The position numbers were made by a program, and so were the translations under genes. DNA of 64,000 nt from Chitinophagales bacterium (GTDB lineage Bacteria > Bacteroidota > Bacteroidia > Chitinophagales > CAIOSU01). The stretch is taken from NCBI GenBank assembly GCA_041748615.1, contig JBGTCY010000177.1:2109-66108 (forward strand), given 5' to 3'. Of this stretch, positions 53,791-64,000 are shown piece after piece (positions within the stretch are counted from its first letter, which is position 1; each line of letters starts with the position of its first letter). The notes beneath the pieces are model-generated. The model saw only the letters and a program-made list of their open reading frames with translations, searched no databases and was not told where the DNA came from.

Positions 53791-54387
53791 ATGAGTACGA
53801 TAAAATCCAAAAAAAAAATCGGACTCTATTTCGGCTCGTTTAACCCGATTCATATCGGTCACCTGATAATTGCCAATCATTTTTTGGAGTTTTCTGATTT
53901 GGATGAAATCTGGTTCGTTGTTTCTCCGCACAACCCGCTGAAAGAAAAAGAAGAACTGATGAATGCTGAACTTCGATTAAAAATGGTTGAAGCTGCGGTT
54001 TCAGAACATCCTAAACTCAAGGTTTCTAAAGTTGAATTTTTACTACCACAGCCTTCCTACACAATTTATACACTTCGGCATCTGCAATTAAAATATCCCA
54101 AACATCATTTTAAACTCCTGATAGGTTCTGATTCTTTAAAAAATATTGAACAGTGGAAAGATTATAAAAAAATACTTTCCGGTTTTGATATTTACGTTTA
54201 TAAAAGAAGAGGTTATTCATTAAAAGATTTTTCTTTTAAAAAAAATATCAAAATTCTCAAAGCTCCATATATAGATATTTCAGCGACATACATCCGGCAG
54301 TTATTAAAATCAAAGAAATCAGTTAAATATTTAATGCCGGAAAAAAGCCGGTTGATTTTAGAAAAAACAATTAGTAGTTTCCGGTAG
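53791..54387 (+). CDS. nadD: Nicotinate-nucleotide adenylyltransferase
   Basis: 198 aa with GLYFGSFNPIHIGHL (the (H/T)xGH motif) and a C-terminal ISATYIR motif. Confidence 0.9.
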   Translation: MSTIKSKKKIGLYFGSFNPIHIGHLIIANHFLEFSDLDEIWFVVSPHNPLKEKEELMNAELRLKMVEAAVSEHPKLKVSKVEFLLPQPSYTIYTLRHLQLKYPKHHFKLLIGSDSLKNIEQWKDYKKILSGFDIYVYKRRGYSLKDFSFKKNIKILKAPYIDISATYIRQLLKSKKSVKYLMPEKSRLILEKTISSFR

Positions 54388-54776
54388 TTCAGATTATACT
54401 CATTCCCTCTGTTTATTAGTTCACAACTATGTTGACAACACATCATATCGTGTTGGAACAATTTTAACATGCTAAATAATAAAAATGTATTTCAAAAACG
54501 TGTGGGTAAGATTTAGGGATACGCACAAATTCAATCTTCATTACCCACACTGAAAATTGTAAAAATTTCAAACACACTACCTTACCAACAGGTGTTTACA
54601 GAGTTGTGTTTGATTTGATAATCAATGGATTAAAACTTGAACGGGATGTGGATTAGCTTTGTTAAAAAAGGGATAACCGATTATCAAAGACTTTTGAAAA
54701 AATAGAATACACCTATTCACAGGGTTAATGATAAATGATTAAAAATTTTTAAAAAATTTCTTAAATAATAAAACCA

Positions 54777-55781
54777 ATGCAAACTGTTATTAAAGCCAAA
54801 GAAAATCTTTCGAAAAAAGGATTTTTAGACTTAGACATCAACCCCGCGCTTGATTTATTTGAGGAAATTGAAAAGCTGAAAAAAGAAAAAAATGCCGTTA
54901 TTCTCGCGCATTATTACCAGGATGCGGATATTCAGGATATTGCCGATTATATTGGCGACAGCTTAGGTTTGTCGCAAAAAGCGGCTGAAACAAAAGCGGA
55001 CATGATTGTCTTTGCGGGGGTGCATTTTATGGCGGAAACCGCAAAAATTTTATCACCTCAAAAGAAGGTGATTATTCCTGATTTAAAAGCCGGTTGTTCT
55101 CTGGCGGATTCCTGCCCGGCAGACGAATTCGCTAAGTTTATTGAAAAATATCCCGGACATGTGGTCATCACTTATGTAAACACATCCGCTGAAGTGAAAG
55201 CGATAACGGACATTTGTTGTACTTCGACAAATGCCGTTCAGGTGATTGAAAGCGTGCCGGAAAATCAGCCTATCATTTTTGCTCCGGATAAAAATCTCGG
55301 CAGGTATTTGATAAAAAAAACAGGCAGGGAGATGGTCTTGTGGCAGGGAACCTGTATGGTGCATGAAATTTTTTCTTTGGAAAAAATCATCAAACTGAAA
55401 GAGCAGCACCCGGAGGCTGAATTTATCGCGCATCCTGAATGTGAAGACGCGGTATTGCAAATCGCGGATTTCATCGGCAGCACTACAGGTTTATTAAAAT
55501 ATACCATGCGCAGCGCAGCGAAGGAATTTATTGTGGCGACAGAATCAGGGATTATTCATCAAATGCAGAAAAAATCACCGGCTAAAACTTTTATTCCGGC
55601 ACCTCCTGATAATCAATGTGCTTGTAATGATTGTCCGCATATGAAGTTAAATACACTGGAAAAACTCTACTTGTGTATGAAATACGAAGAACCGGAAGTC
55701 ACACTTTCACAGGAAATTATTGAGAGAGCGAAAAAACCGATTGAAAGGATGCTGGAGATTTCAGCCCGGCACAAACTATGA
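54777..55781 (+). CDS. nadA: Quinolinate synthase
   Basis: 334 aa with [17 protein letters not shown], and conserved Cys ligands (C in [18 protein letters not shown]). Confidence 0.92.
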   Translation: MQTVIKAKENLSKKGFLDLDINPALDLFEEIEKLKKEKNAVILAHYYQDADIQDIADYIGDSLGLSQKAAETKADMIVFAGVHFMAETAKILSPQKKVIIPDLKAGCSLADSCPADEFAKFIEKYPGHVVITYVNTSAEVKAITDICCTSTNAVQVIESVPENQPIIFAPDKNLGRYLIKKTGREMVLWQGTCMVHEIFSLEKIIKLKEQHPEAEFIAHPECEDAVLQIADFIGSTTGLLKYTMRSAAKEFIVATESGIIHQMQKKSPAKTFIPAPPDNQCACNDCPHMKLNTLEKLYLCMKYEEPEVTLSQEIIERAKKPIERMLEISARHKL

Positions 55782-56081
55782 TTTTTTACCATTCTCCATA
55801 AAATTATTCACAAGCATATTTAGTTGATTCACCTTTTCGTAATCAATGGAATAGTGAATAAATTTCCCCTCTTTTTTAGATTTTACAATCCCGTTGACTC
55901 TGAGAATTTTAAGGTGCTGTGAAGTGAGCGCCTGTTCATATTTTAGGGTTTTGTAAATTTTATTGACAGGTGTTGTTTTATGTTTGTCAATGTATTTCAG
56001 GATTGAAAATCGCACCGGATGTGCGAGCGCTTTCAAAATGGAAATACTTTTTTTCAGTTTAATTTGTTCCGGGAGCGTCAT
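55776..56081 (-). CDS. ArsR/SmtB-family winged-helix transcriptional regulator
   Basis: 101 aa with [17 protein letters not shown]...[15 protein letters not shown]. Confidence 0.8.
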   Translation of the reverse strand: MTLPEQIKLKKSISILKALAHPVRFSILKYIDKHKTTPVNKIYKTLKYEQALTSQHLKILRVNGIVKSKKEGKFIHYSIDYEKVNQLNMLVNNFMENGKKS

Positions 56082-56100
56082 GTTTAAATTAATTGTGAGG

Positions 56101-56481
56101 TTAGGAAGCTAAATCGTTAATGAGATTTGAAATTTCTTCTACACGATTTTCATCAATCATATAGTAAATAAATTTACCATCCCGTTCAGTTTTCACCACA
56201 CCGGCTTTTCGCAGGGCGGCAAGATGCTGTGAAGCTATAGACTGGTCGAGCTTCATTTTTTGATAGATTTCAGTAACGGAAAGTTTGTTTTTTTCTTCCA
56301 ACAATTTCAGAATCTGTCTTCTGATTTTATGGTTTACCGCGCGCAGAGTTATCACCGCTTTACGCAGTACAGCATAATCTAAAACAATACTTCTGTTATG
56401 GTTCCCATTGTCATCCTGAATGACAATTTTGTCCGGAATATTTGCTTTCATATTGAGTCTTTTGTTAGGTTTTGTGTCCAT
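56101..56481 (-). CDS. ArsR/SmtB-family transcriptional regulator (tandem paralogue with an N-terminal extension)
   Basis: 126 aa with LRAVNHKIRRQILKLL...IASQHLAALRKAGVV. Confidence 0.8.
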   Translation of the reverse strand: MDTKPNKRLNMKANIPDKIVIQDDNGNHNRSIVLDYAVLRKAVITLRAVNHKIRRQILKLLEEKNKLSVTEIYQKMKLDQSIASQHLAALRKAGVVKTERDGKFIYYMIDENRVEEISNLINDLAS

Positions 56482-56516
56482 TCACTAACTCATAACAAAA
56501 ACAAGATTATAAAGTT

Positions 56517-57173
56517 TTACTTAGGTATAAACGATTTCATATAGTACGGTTCAAAATATGCGGTATCCGCGAATAGTTTCGCTGAAAACCGTTCCTCCGC
56601 CAACCGAACCATGTAGGACGCGCTTGATTTTATATCTAAAAATATTCCATTTTCAGGTTTCAAAACTTTTGATGCACCCGGACCGAAAAAATAAATTTTA
56701 CGGACGTTAAAAAATTTATGAAAGTTGTCTAATGTCGTACCAACCGGAGATGGAGGATGAATCACATTAAGTGAGGCATCATACATAGCCGCATACACTT
56801 CATTTTTCACCGAATCCAAAACCGGGCAATAGTAGGCATCTTCATCTCTAACAGAATTGACCGCACCTGCTGCCAGTGATTGAGTGGTGGATAAATTAAT
56901 CAGCGGAATATTCAGCGCGTAACAAATACCTTTTGCAACAGAAACACCGATGCGCAAACCGGTATAGGAACCCGGACCTTCATTGACAGCAACAGCATCC
57001 AGATTATTGAGCGTAAAATTGGTTTGTTGAAATAATTGAGCAATCAGCAGCGTGATGGAAGCGGAGTGAGAGTTCGGAGAAATTTCTTCCTGTAAACTAA
57101 TGATACGCCCGTTTTCCGCAAGGCAAACCGAACAGATGGTGGTGGAAGTTTCAAGATGAAGTATCAGCGGCAT
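56517..57173 (-). CDS. tsaB: tRNA t6A37 biosynthesis protein TsaB (YeaZ)
   Basis: 218 aa with MPLILHLETSTTICSVCLAENG... and GPGSYTGLRIGVSVAKG. Confidence 0.88.
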   Translation of the reverse strand: MPLILHLETSTTICSVCLAENGRIISLQEEISPNSHSASITLLIAQLFQQTNFTLNNLDAVAVNEGPGSYTGLRIGVSVAKGICYALNIPLINLSTTQSLAAGAVNSVRDEDAYYCPVLDSVKNEVYAAMYDASLNVIHPPSPVGTTLDNFHKFFNVRKIYFFGPGASKVLKPENGIFLDIKSSASYMVRLAEERFSAKLFADTAYFEPYYMKSFIPK

Positions 57174-57629
57174 GGCAGTTGAAAAGATTACCTGCTTAAT
57201 TAAGATTTAAAAATGATATTGAAGGTAGTTTGGTCACATTTCCGGAATATTTTCACCACAGAGTTTACATTTTCCATCAGGAAAAAAGCCGGTTTATTGA
57301 CTGGAATAGAAATTACAAATCATAATAAGCAAATCATAAATAAATTCCACACAACAACCATTAAACAGACAGACAATTATCGAAACAACAGGACAACATA
57401 TAAACCTAACAGCGGACTTTTTTTCCGACACAGCCTGTCCCGGTATTATTTCGGGAACAGCCCAGCGCTTCGTGTTTTATTCCCCCGCACAAAATATTTT
57501 GAAATTCTGCCGACAAACAAACCCAAGCTTGAAAAGAGCCAATTCTCCCACCCGCCACGGGACGAGAATGACCGTTTAAAGAATGAAAAATCGTATCTTA
57601 ACCGACTAAATATTGTATTAAATTAAGTA

Positions 57630-60407
57630 ATGACCAACCAAACCCCGGAGCAAATAGCAAGAGATAACATTGATGCCGCACTTGTGCGGTGCGGCTGGGT
57701 TATTCAAAGCATCAAACAAATTAATTTGAATGCTGGAATTGGAGTTGCTGTTAAAGAATATTTGACTGATGTTGGTCCTGCGGACTATGTTTTATTTGTT
57801 GAAGGGAAGCCTTGCGGAGTTATTGAGGCTAAGCGTGAAGAAGAAGGGCATCGAATGAATGTTCACGAGGGACAAGGTGAAGAATATGCAAACGCCAAAC
57901 TCAAACATCTTAAAAATGAACCTCTACCTTTTGTGTATATCAGCACAGGAGAGGTAACAAGATTCACAGACTTTACTGACCCGAAACCGAGAGCCAGAGA
58001 AGTATTTAGTTTTCACCGACCTGAAACATTAAAAGATTGGGTGAAACGAGACAAATCACTTCGTAAAAGATTATTCGACTTGCCTGCATTGCAAACCGAA
58101 GGTTTGCGTGATTGTCAAATCAACGCCATAACCAAATTAGAAACTTCCTTTAAAGAAAACCGACCAAGAGCATTAATACAAATGGCAACAGGTTCGGGTA
58201 AAACTTTTACTGCCATAACCGCAATTTATCGTTTGCTGAAATATGCAAAAGCAAAACGAGTATTATTTTTGGTGGACACCAAAAATTTAGGAGAACAAGC
58301 GGAGCAAGAATTTATGTCATTCGTTCCGAATGACGATAATAGAAAATTCACTGAATTATACAGCGTTCAACGACTGAAATCAAGTTACATCGCAACGGAC
58401 AGTCAGGTTTGCATCAGCACTATTCAACGATTGTATTCCATTTTAAAAGGAACTGAACTGGAAGAAAGTGCCGAAGAAGAAAATCCGAACGAACGAAAAT
58501 ATCAACCAAAAGAAATTCCACCGATTGAATACGATGGGAAAATGCCAATTGAGTTTTTTGATTTCATTGTAATTGACGAATGCCACCGAAGTATTTACAA
58601 TTTGTGGAAACAAGTACTTGAATATTATGATGCTTTTGAAATTGGATTAACCGCTACTCCCGACAAAAGAACGATTGGCTACTTTGACCAGAATTTGGTT
58701 AGTGAATATTCTCACGAAATGGCTGTTGCAGATGGTGTGAATGTAGGTTATGAAGTATTTATCATTGATACCAAAGTAACGCAACAAGGTGCTACACTCT
58801 GGAAAGGCGAATACATTGAACACCGAGAACGATTGAGTAGAAAAAAACGAATGGAGTTACAGGATGAAGACGAAAACTATTCTAAACAGCAATTGGATAA
58901 AGATGTCGTAAATCCTAATCAGATAAGAACTATCATCCGTACATTCAAAGAACATTTACCAAGGATTTTTAAAGAACGGTACGATAAAAACGGAATTTTT
59001 GAAGTTCCTAAAACTTTAATCTTTGCTAAAACTGACAGCCATGCCAATGATATTATAGACATTGTAAGAGAAGAATTTGCCGAAGAAAATAAATTCTGCA
59101 AAAAAATTACTTATAAAACTGACGAAGATCCAAAATCGGTTTTATCGCAATTCAGGAATGACTATCACCCTCGAATTGCAGTAACTGTTGATATGGTTGC
59201 TACTGGCACAGACATTAAGCCGCTTGAATGTTTGCTTTTTATGAGAGATGTGAAAAGCATCAATTATTTTGAGCAAATGAAAGGCAGAGGCACACGAACT
59301 ATTGATTTAGACAGTTTGCGAAAAGTTACGCCAACTGCAAAATTTACTAAAGACCATTTTGTAATTGTAGATGCAATAGGTGTAACCAAAAGTTTAAAGA
59401 CAGACAGCCGACCATTGGAGAAAAAGCCAGGCGTTCCGCTAAAAGATTTATTACAAGCAGTTGCAGTTGGTGCAAGAGAAGAAGAATTATTTACTTCATT
59501 AGCCAACAGACTTACCCGATTAGATAAACAAATTACAGAAAAAGAAAAAAAGCAATTTGCCGAAAAAGCCAACGGTAAAAGCGTTTCACTAGTGGTGAAA
59601 GAATTATTGAATGCTTTTAATCCTGATGTACTTGAAGAAATTGACAACAAAGTAAGAACCGAAATGGCAGGTGCTGCACCTGTTGAAATCGAAGCAGCCA
59701 TAAAAATTAAAACTGAAACATTACAGAACGAAGCCGCCAAAGTATTTACTGGTGAACTAAACGAATACATTGAAAATGTTCGCAAGGCTCACGAACAAAA
59801 AATTGACTTGGCTAATCCTGATGAAGTGATTCACGTTGGTTGGGACAAAGACAATACCAACAAAGCGGCAGCATTAATTGCCAATTTTTCAGAATGGATG
59901 CAAGAACACAAAGATGAATTAATGGCTTTGCAGATTTTTTACAATCAACCCTTTCGCAGACGGGAATTGACTTACACCATGATTAAAGAAGTGTTGGAGA
60001 AACTTCAAAATGACAAACCGACACTTGCTCCAATGAATGTATGGCAGGCATACGAAGCACTGGAACAATGCAATGGTTCACCCAGAAATGAACTGACTGC
60101 AATTGTTTCACTTATTCGTAAAATCAGTGGATTAGACAGCACTTTGACCAGTTACGATAAAATAGTGGACAAAAACTTTCAGGATTGGGTGTTTAAAAAA
60201 CAAGCTGGTGCCACCAAGTTTAATGAAGAGCAAATGCAATGGCTCAGAATGATAAAAGATTATGTGGTCAATAGTTTTCATATAGATAAAGACGATTTTG
60301 ACTTAAACCCATTCAATGCACAAGGTGGTTTAGGCAAAATGTGGCAATTGTTTGGCGACAAGACCGATGAAATTATTAACGAGTTAAATGAAGCGTTGGC
60401 AGCATAA
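57630..60407 (+). CDS. hsdR: Type I restriction enzyme R subunit (EcoEI-like C-terminus)
   Basis: The N-terminal nuclease core is PADYVLF...GVIEAKRE. SF2 motif I is MATGSGKT and motif II is VIDECHRS. There is a long helical C-terminal region. Confidence 0.9.
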   Translation: MTNQTPEQIARDNIDAALVRCGWVIQSIKQINLNAGIGVAVKEYLTDVGPADYVLFVEGKPCGVIEAKREEEGHRMNVHEGQGEEYANAKLKHLKNEPLPFVYISTGEVTRFTDFTDPKPRAREVFSFHRPETLKDWVKRDKSLRKRLFDLPALQTEGLRDCQINAITKLETSFKENRPRALIQMATGSGKTFTAITAIYRLLKYAKAKRVLFLVDTKNLGEQAEQEFMSFVPNDDNRKFTELYSVQRLKSSYIATDSQVCISTIQRLYSILKGTELEESAEEENPNERKYQPKEIPPIEYDGKMPIEFFDFIVIDECHRSIYNLWKQVLEYYDAFEIGLTATPDKRTIGYFDQNLVSEYSHEMAVADGVNVGYEVFIIDTKVTQQGATLWKGEYIEHRERLSRKKRMELQDEDENYSKQQLDKDVVNPNQIRTIIRTFKEHLPRIFKERYDKNGIFEVPKTLIFAKTDSHANDIIDIVREEFAEENKFCKKITYKTDEDPKSVLSQFRNDYHPRIAVTVDMVATGTDIKPLECLLFMRDVKSINYFEQMKGRGTRTIDLDSLRKVTPTAKFTKDHFVIVDAIGVTKSLKTDSRPLEKKPGVPLKDLLQAVAVGAREEELFTSLANRLTRLDKQITEKEKKQFAEKANGKSVSLVVKELLNAFNPDVLEEIDNKVRTEMAGAAPVEIEAAIKIKTETLQNEAAKVFTGELNEYIENVRKAHEQKIDLANPDEVIHVGWDKDNTNKAAALIANFSEWMQEHKDELMALQIFYNQPFRRRELTYTMIKEVLEKLQNDKPTLAPMNVWQAYEALEQCNGSPRNELTAIVSLIRKISGLDSTLTSYDKIVDKNFQDWVFKKQAGATKFNEEQMQWLRMIKDYVVNSFHIDKDDFDLNPFNAQGGLGKMWQLFGDKTDEIINELNEALAA

Positions 60408-61744
60408 TGGGGAAGGAAACTAAAAACAAGTGGATTGAATTACCAATCGAGAATATTTTAGCACCTAATGACAAAGGAGTAATACTTGGTCAAGGCTGGA
60501 GTCCGCAATGCGAAAAACAGCCATCACAATCCGAAAATGATTGGGGTGTTTTGAAAACAACAGCAATTCAATCAGGTTATTTTTTGGAAGGAGAAAATAA
60601 ACTCTTACCTAAACACTTAGAACCGAGAATTCAACATGAAGTAAGAAAAGGTGATTTACTTATTACTTGTGCTGGTCCAAGAAATAGATGCGGGGTTGCT
60701 TGCCTTGTTAGAAAGACAAGAAAGAAACTTCTATTGTCAGGTAAGATGTATCGTTTTCGAATTAAAGCACAAATAGCTATCCCGGAATTTGTAGAATTAT
60801 TTTTGCTTTCCCAAAAGGCTTGGAAAGAAATTGATAAAATGAAAACTGGGGGAAGCGACAGTGGATTAAACTTAACTCATACAAGATTTAAAAAACTCCT
60901 TGTTCCCATTCCCCCACTCCCCGAACAACAAGCCATAGTAGCTAAAATAGAAGAACTACTCAGCGAATTAGAAAATGGCATACAACAACTGGAAACCGCC
61001 CAACAACAATTAAAAGTGTATAGGCAAAGTTTGTTGAAATGGGCTTTTGAAGGGAAACTCACTAATAAGAAAGTAAATGATGGTGAGTTGCCGAAAGGTT
61101 GGAAAATAAAGGAGCTAAAAGAGATTACTTCAGTTTTGGGCGATGGTTTACATGGCACACCTAAATATTCCGCAAATGGTGATTATTATTTTATCAATGG
61201 CAATAATTTGAATGATGGGAAAATTGAGATAAAGGGAAATACAAAACGGGTTTCATTTGAAGAATATAATAAATACAAAAAGCCATTGAATGAAAACACG
61301 ATTTTTGTTTCGATAAATGGGTCATTGGGATATACAGCATTTTATAATAACGAAAATGTTATTCTTGGAAAGAGTGCTTGTTATTTCAATGTATTGGAAA
61401 CAATAAATAAATTCTATATCAGGTATTTTCTTACAAGTAGTCGTTTTACTAGCTACGCAAATAAAAATGCAACAGGTAGCACAATAAAAAACGTTGGTTT
61501 AAAAACAATGAGAGAATTGCAAATACCCATTCCGCCAACACCCGTGGAACAGCAACTCATAGTGGATGAATTAGAAAGCAAACTAACCATTTGCGATAAA
61601 ATAGAAGAAACCATTAGCCAAAGTTTGCTACAGGCAGAAACCTTGCGGCAGAGTATTTTAAAAAAGGCGTTTGAGGGGAAATTAATTAATTACGAATCTT
61701 CAATTAAGAATTACGAGCAATCAATTAGGGATAAAAAAAAATGA
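60407..61744 (+). CDS. hsdS: Type I R-M specificity subunit (two TRDs)
   Basis: The two conserved spacer helices are LPEQQAIVAKIEELLSELE...LLKWAFEGKL and PVEQQLIVDELESKLTICD...ILKKAFEGKL. Its start overlaps the hsdR stop (TAATG). Confidence 0.9.
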   Translation: MGKETKNKWIELPIENILAPNDKGVILGQGWSPQCEKQPSQSENDWGVLKTTAIQSGYFLEGENKLLPKHLEPRIQHEVRKGDLLITCAGPRNRCGVACLVRKTRKKLLLSGKMYRFRIKAQIAIPEFVELFLLSQKAWKEIDKMKTGGSDSGLNLTHTRFKKLLVPIPPLPEQQAIVAKIEELLSELENGIQQLETAQQQLKVYRQSLLKWAFEGKLTNKKVNDGELPKGWKIKELKEITSVLGDGLHGTPKYSANGDYYFINGNNLNDGKIEIKGNTKRVSFEEYNKYKKPLNENTIFVSINGSLGYTAFYNNENVILGKSACYFNVLETINKFYIRYFLTSSRFTSYANKNATGSTIKNVGLKTMRELQIPIPPTPVEQQLIVDELESKLTICDKIEETISQSLLQAETLRQSILKKAFEGKLINYESSIKNYEQSIRDKKK

Positions 61745-62781
61745 AGAATACAAGTATCAATCAACTAGATTATAGCAACATACTGCGACAAGCTGTCGCA
61801 GAAATACGTGATGCGCGAAATATTGCCGCCCAACAATTAGCCAAATCAAGCAATTCTATTTATTGGAACTTGGGAAAACTCCTGTTTGAAAAACATTTAG
61901 AAGAAGGCTATGGTAGTGGTGTGGTAAATCAGCTTTCAGTTGACCTAAAAAAAGAGTTTCCGGATATGGGCTTATCGCCCCGCAATCTATGGAATATGAA
62001 ACGCTATTATGAACGTTATTATCAAGCAGATTCAAAACTGCTACACAGCGTAGCAGTTTTGCCGTGGAGTCATAATTTACTGTTGCTGGATAAATTAAAA
62101 ACACATGAAGAAGTGGTGTTTTACGCTAATGAAGTTGTAACCAAGGGTTGGTCAAGAGATTTGCTGCTTAACGCAATAAAAATGGATAGTTTCAGCCAAT
62201 TGGGGAAACAAATCAAGGCTAATAATTTTAATGAAACCCTTCCTACCCTTAATGCAAACTATGCCAATGAAGTGTTTAAAGACAGTTACAACTTAGGATT
62301 TTTAGGAATCAACGAACCGGTAAAAGAGTTGGAACTAGAAAAACGTTTAATAGAAAAAATCAAATCGTTTATACTGGAACTTGGCAATGGATTTAGTTTT
62401 ATTGGGAACCAACACCGCTTAGAATACAATAGCAAAGAGTACTTTGTAGATATGCTTTTTTTTCACAGAGGTCTGCGTTCACTGGTAGCCATTGAATTAA
62501 AAATCGGAAGTTTTAAAGCTGAGTATATTGGCAAAATGAATTTGTACCTTTCCTTGCTCGATAAATTAGAAAAAGGTGAAAGCGAAAACCAATCCATAGG
62601 TATAATACTTTGTGCAGATAAAGACCACTTGGATGTAGAAATTGCCCTACAAGATATAAACAAGCCCATCGGTGTAGCTGAGTATCAACTTTTACTACCC
62701 AAAGACAAATTACAAACTTTGTTGGCAGATGAAATTAAAGCTGTAGAGCATAATAAAAAAGATAATAATCAATCAGAATAA
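61741..62781 (+). CDS. DUF1016 / YhcG-type PDDEXK nuclease-domain protein embedded in the R-M operon
   Basis: 346 aa. The C-terminal core is FVDMLFFHRGLRSLVAIELKIGSF (D...ELK). ATGA overlaps hsdS and TAATG overlaps hsdM. Confidence 0.8.
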   Translation: MKNTSINQLDYSNILRQAVAEIRDARNIAAQQLAKSSNSIYWNLGKLLFEKHLEEGYGSGVVNQLSVDLKKEFPDMGLSPRNLWNMKRYYERYYQADSKLLHSVAVLPWSHNLLLLDKLKTHEEVVFYANEVVTKGWSRDLLLNAIKMDSFSQLGKQIKANNFNETLPTLNANYANEVFKDSYNLGFLGINEPVKELELEKRLIEKIKSFILELGNGFSFIGNQHRLEYNSKEYFVDMLFFHRGLRSLVAIELKIGSFKAEYIGKMNLYLSLLDKLEKGESENQSIGIILCADKDHLDVEIALQDINKPIGVAEYQLLLPKDKLQTLLADEIKAVEHNKKDNNQSE

Positions 62782-64000
62782 TGGCTAATAACAACACATC
62801 AAGTATAGTAAGCAAAGTATGGAGTTTCTGTAATCCCCTGCGTGACGTAGGTGTGGGTTACGGAGACTATTTAGAGCAACTCACTTATTTGCTTTTCTTA
62901 AAAATGGCGGATGAATATAGTAAGCCGCCACACAACAGAAAACTACCAATCCCAAAAGCATACAACTGGGAAAGTTTAACCAATAAAAAAGGTGCAGAAC
63001 TGGAATTGCATTATGCCACTTTGCTAAGGGAATTAAGCACTGCAAAAGGTATTTTAGGTCAAATATTTACCAAGAGCCAAAACAAAATTCAAGACCCTGC
63101 AATGCTTGCCAAAATCATTGATATGATTGACAGCGAACAATGGCTGGTAATGGGTGCAGATGTGAAAGGAGATATTTACGAAAAACTCTTAGAGCAAAAT
63201 GCACAAGACGTAAAAAGCGGAGCAGGACAATATTTTACGCCACGACCTTTGATTCGTGCAATGGTAGAATGTGTTCAGCCACAACCAATGAAAACCATTG
63301 CTGACCCAAGTTGCGGAACAGGCGGCTTCTTTTTAGCGGCTTATGATTTCATTGTAGAAAACAACAAACTGGATAAAGAGGAAAACAAGTTTCTGAAAAT
63401 GCAGACCTTTTTCGGAAACGAAATTGTTGCAGGAACAAGACGTTTGGCTTTGATGAATTTGTTCTTACATAACATTGGCGACATTGAAAGCGATAATTTC
63501 ATTTCCCCTGCTGATGCTTTGATTGCTGCTTCTCCAACAACTTACGATTATGTTTTAGCCAATCCTCCATTCGGCAAAAAGAGTTCACAGACTTTCACAA
63601 ATGACGAAGGAGAACAAGAAAAAGACGATTTAACCTATAACCGACAAGACTTTTGGGCAACAACAAGTAACAAACAATTGAACTTTGTGCAACACATTCG
63701 TTCAATGCTCAAAACTACAGGACAAGCAGCCGTTGTATTGCCTGACAATGTATTGTTTGAAGGCGGTGCAGGTGAAACAGTTCGTAAAAAGCTTTTAGAA
63801 ACAACTGACTTGCATACTATACTTCGCTTACCGACAGGAATTTTTTATGCTCAAGGAGTGAAAGCAAATGTGATTTTCTTTGACAACAAACCTGCAAGTA
63901 AAAATCCTTGGACAAAAGAGATTTGGGTTTATGATTATCGTACAAATATTCACCACACCTTAAAGAAAAATCCCTTAAACATTGACGTACTAAAAGACTT
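62781..64000 (+). CDS. hsdM: Type I R-M N6-adenine DNA methyltransferase subunit (3' end beyond the window)
   Basis: It is absent from the ORF track because there is no stop within the window. My translation from the ATG at 62781 is MANNNTSSIVSKVWSFCNPLRD...YLEQLTYLLFLKM (HsdM_N), with the SAM motif DPSCGTGGF and the catalytic motif NPPFG. Confidence 0.88.
   Translation, partial: MANNNTSSIVSKVWSFCNPLRDVGVGYGDYLEQLTYLLFLKMADEYSKPPHNRKLPIPKAYNWESLTNKKGAELELHYATLLRELSTAKGILGQIFTKSQNKIQDPAMLAKIIDMIDSEQWLVMGADVKGDIYEKLLEQNAQDVKSGAGQYFTPRPLIRAMVECVQPQPMKTIADPSCGTGGFFLAAYDFIVENNKLDKEENKFLKMQTFFGNEIVAGTRRLALMNLFLHNIGDIESDNFISPADALIAASPTTYDYVLANPPFGKKSSQTFTNDEGEQEKDDLTYNRQDFWATTSNKQLNFVQHIRSMLKTTGQAAVVLPDNVLFEGGAGETVRKKLLETTDLHTILRLPTGIFYAQGVKANVIFFDNKPASKNPWTKEIWVYDYRTNIHHTLKKNPLNIDVLKD

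Noticed and set aside
57213-57626. 137-aa ORF upstream of hsdR
   Set aside because: The translation is low-complexity and N/T/K-rich, with no motifs, and it fills an A/C-rich spacer. I treat it as non-coding.

Overview
This is a 64-kb chromosomal window from a Bacteroidota genome. The phylum call rests on the T9SS translocon gene sprA, five genes with T9SS C-terminal sorting domains, SprB-type repeat adhesins, and TAnnTTTG-type promoter boxes. Most of the window is housekeeping: aspS (3' end), ruvA, recR, dgkA, mnmG, ybeY, fni, kdsA with a SIS-only arabinose-5-P isomerase, nadD, nadA and tsaB. Accessory blocks are interspersed among these genes. (1) The most interesting block is an AT-rich four-gene minus-strand operon at 32105-36380, wedged between mnmG and a conserved lipoprotein gene. 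It encodes a multi-pass membrane protein, a Ras-like P-loop GTPase (GPREVGKT / EAPGE / NKCD), a single-pass membrane protein with a hyper-charged segment, and a zinc-ribbon/TM/tandem NTF2-like protein. I cannot place this set in any characterised system, and I flag it as a candidate novel membrane-associated GTPase (conflict or defence?) module. (2) A translationally coupled type I R-M operon runs hsdR-hsdS-DUF1016 nuclease-hsdM from 57630 to the right edge, where hsdM is cut off. (3) A toxin-antitoxin islet at 11.8-13.4 kb holds a ParE-like module and a PIN module bracketed by copies of an ~84-nt repeat. A third, RelE-like module sits at 53.3-53.8 kb and is absent from the ORF track. (4) Two tandem paralogous giant SprB-repeat T9SS adhesins lie at 40.7-49.8 kb. 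Three genes (a T9SS cargo gene, the ParE-like toxin and the RelE-like toxin) are each split by a single-nt indel that maps to or next to a short homopolymer run. This is either assembly error or real pseudogenisation. A conserved C-N hydrolase carries an in-frame insertion of an intergenic-type repeat. Several families of short intergenic repeats or hairpins recur. I found no rRNA, tRNA, CRISPR array or transposase.
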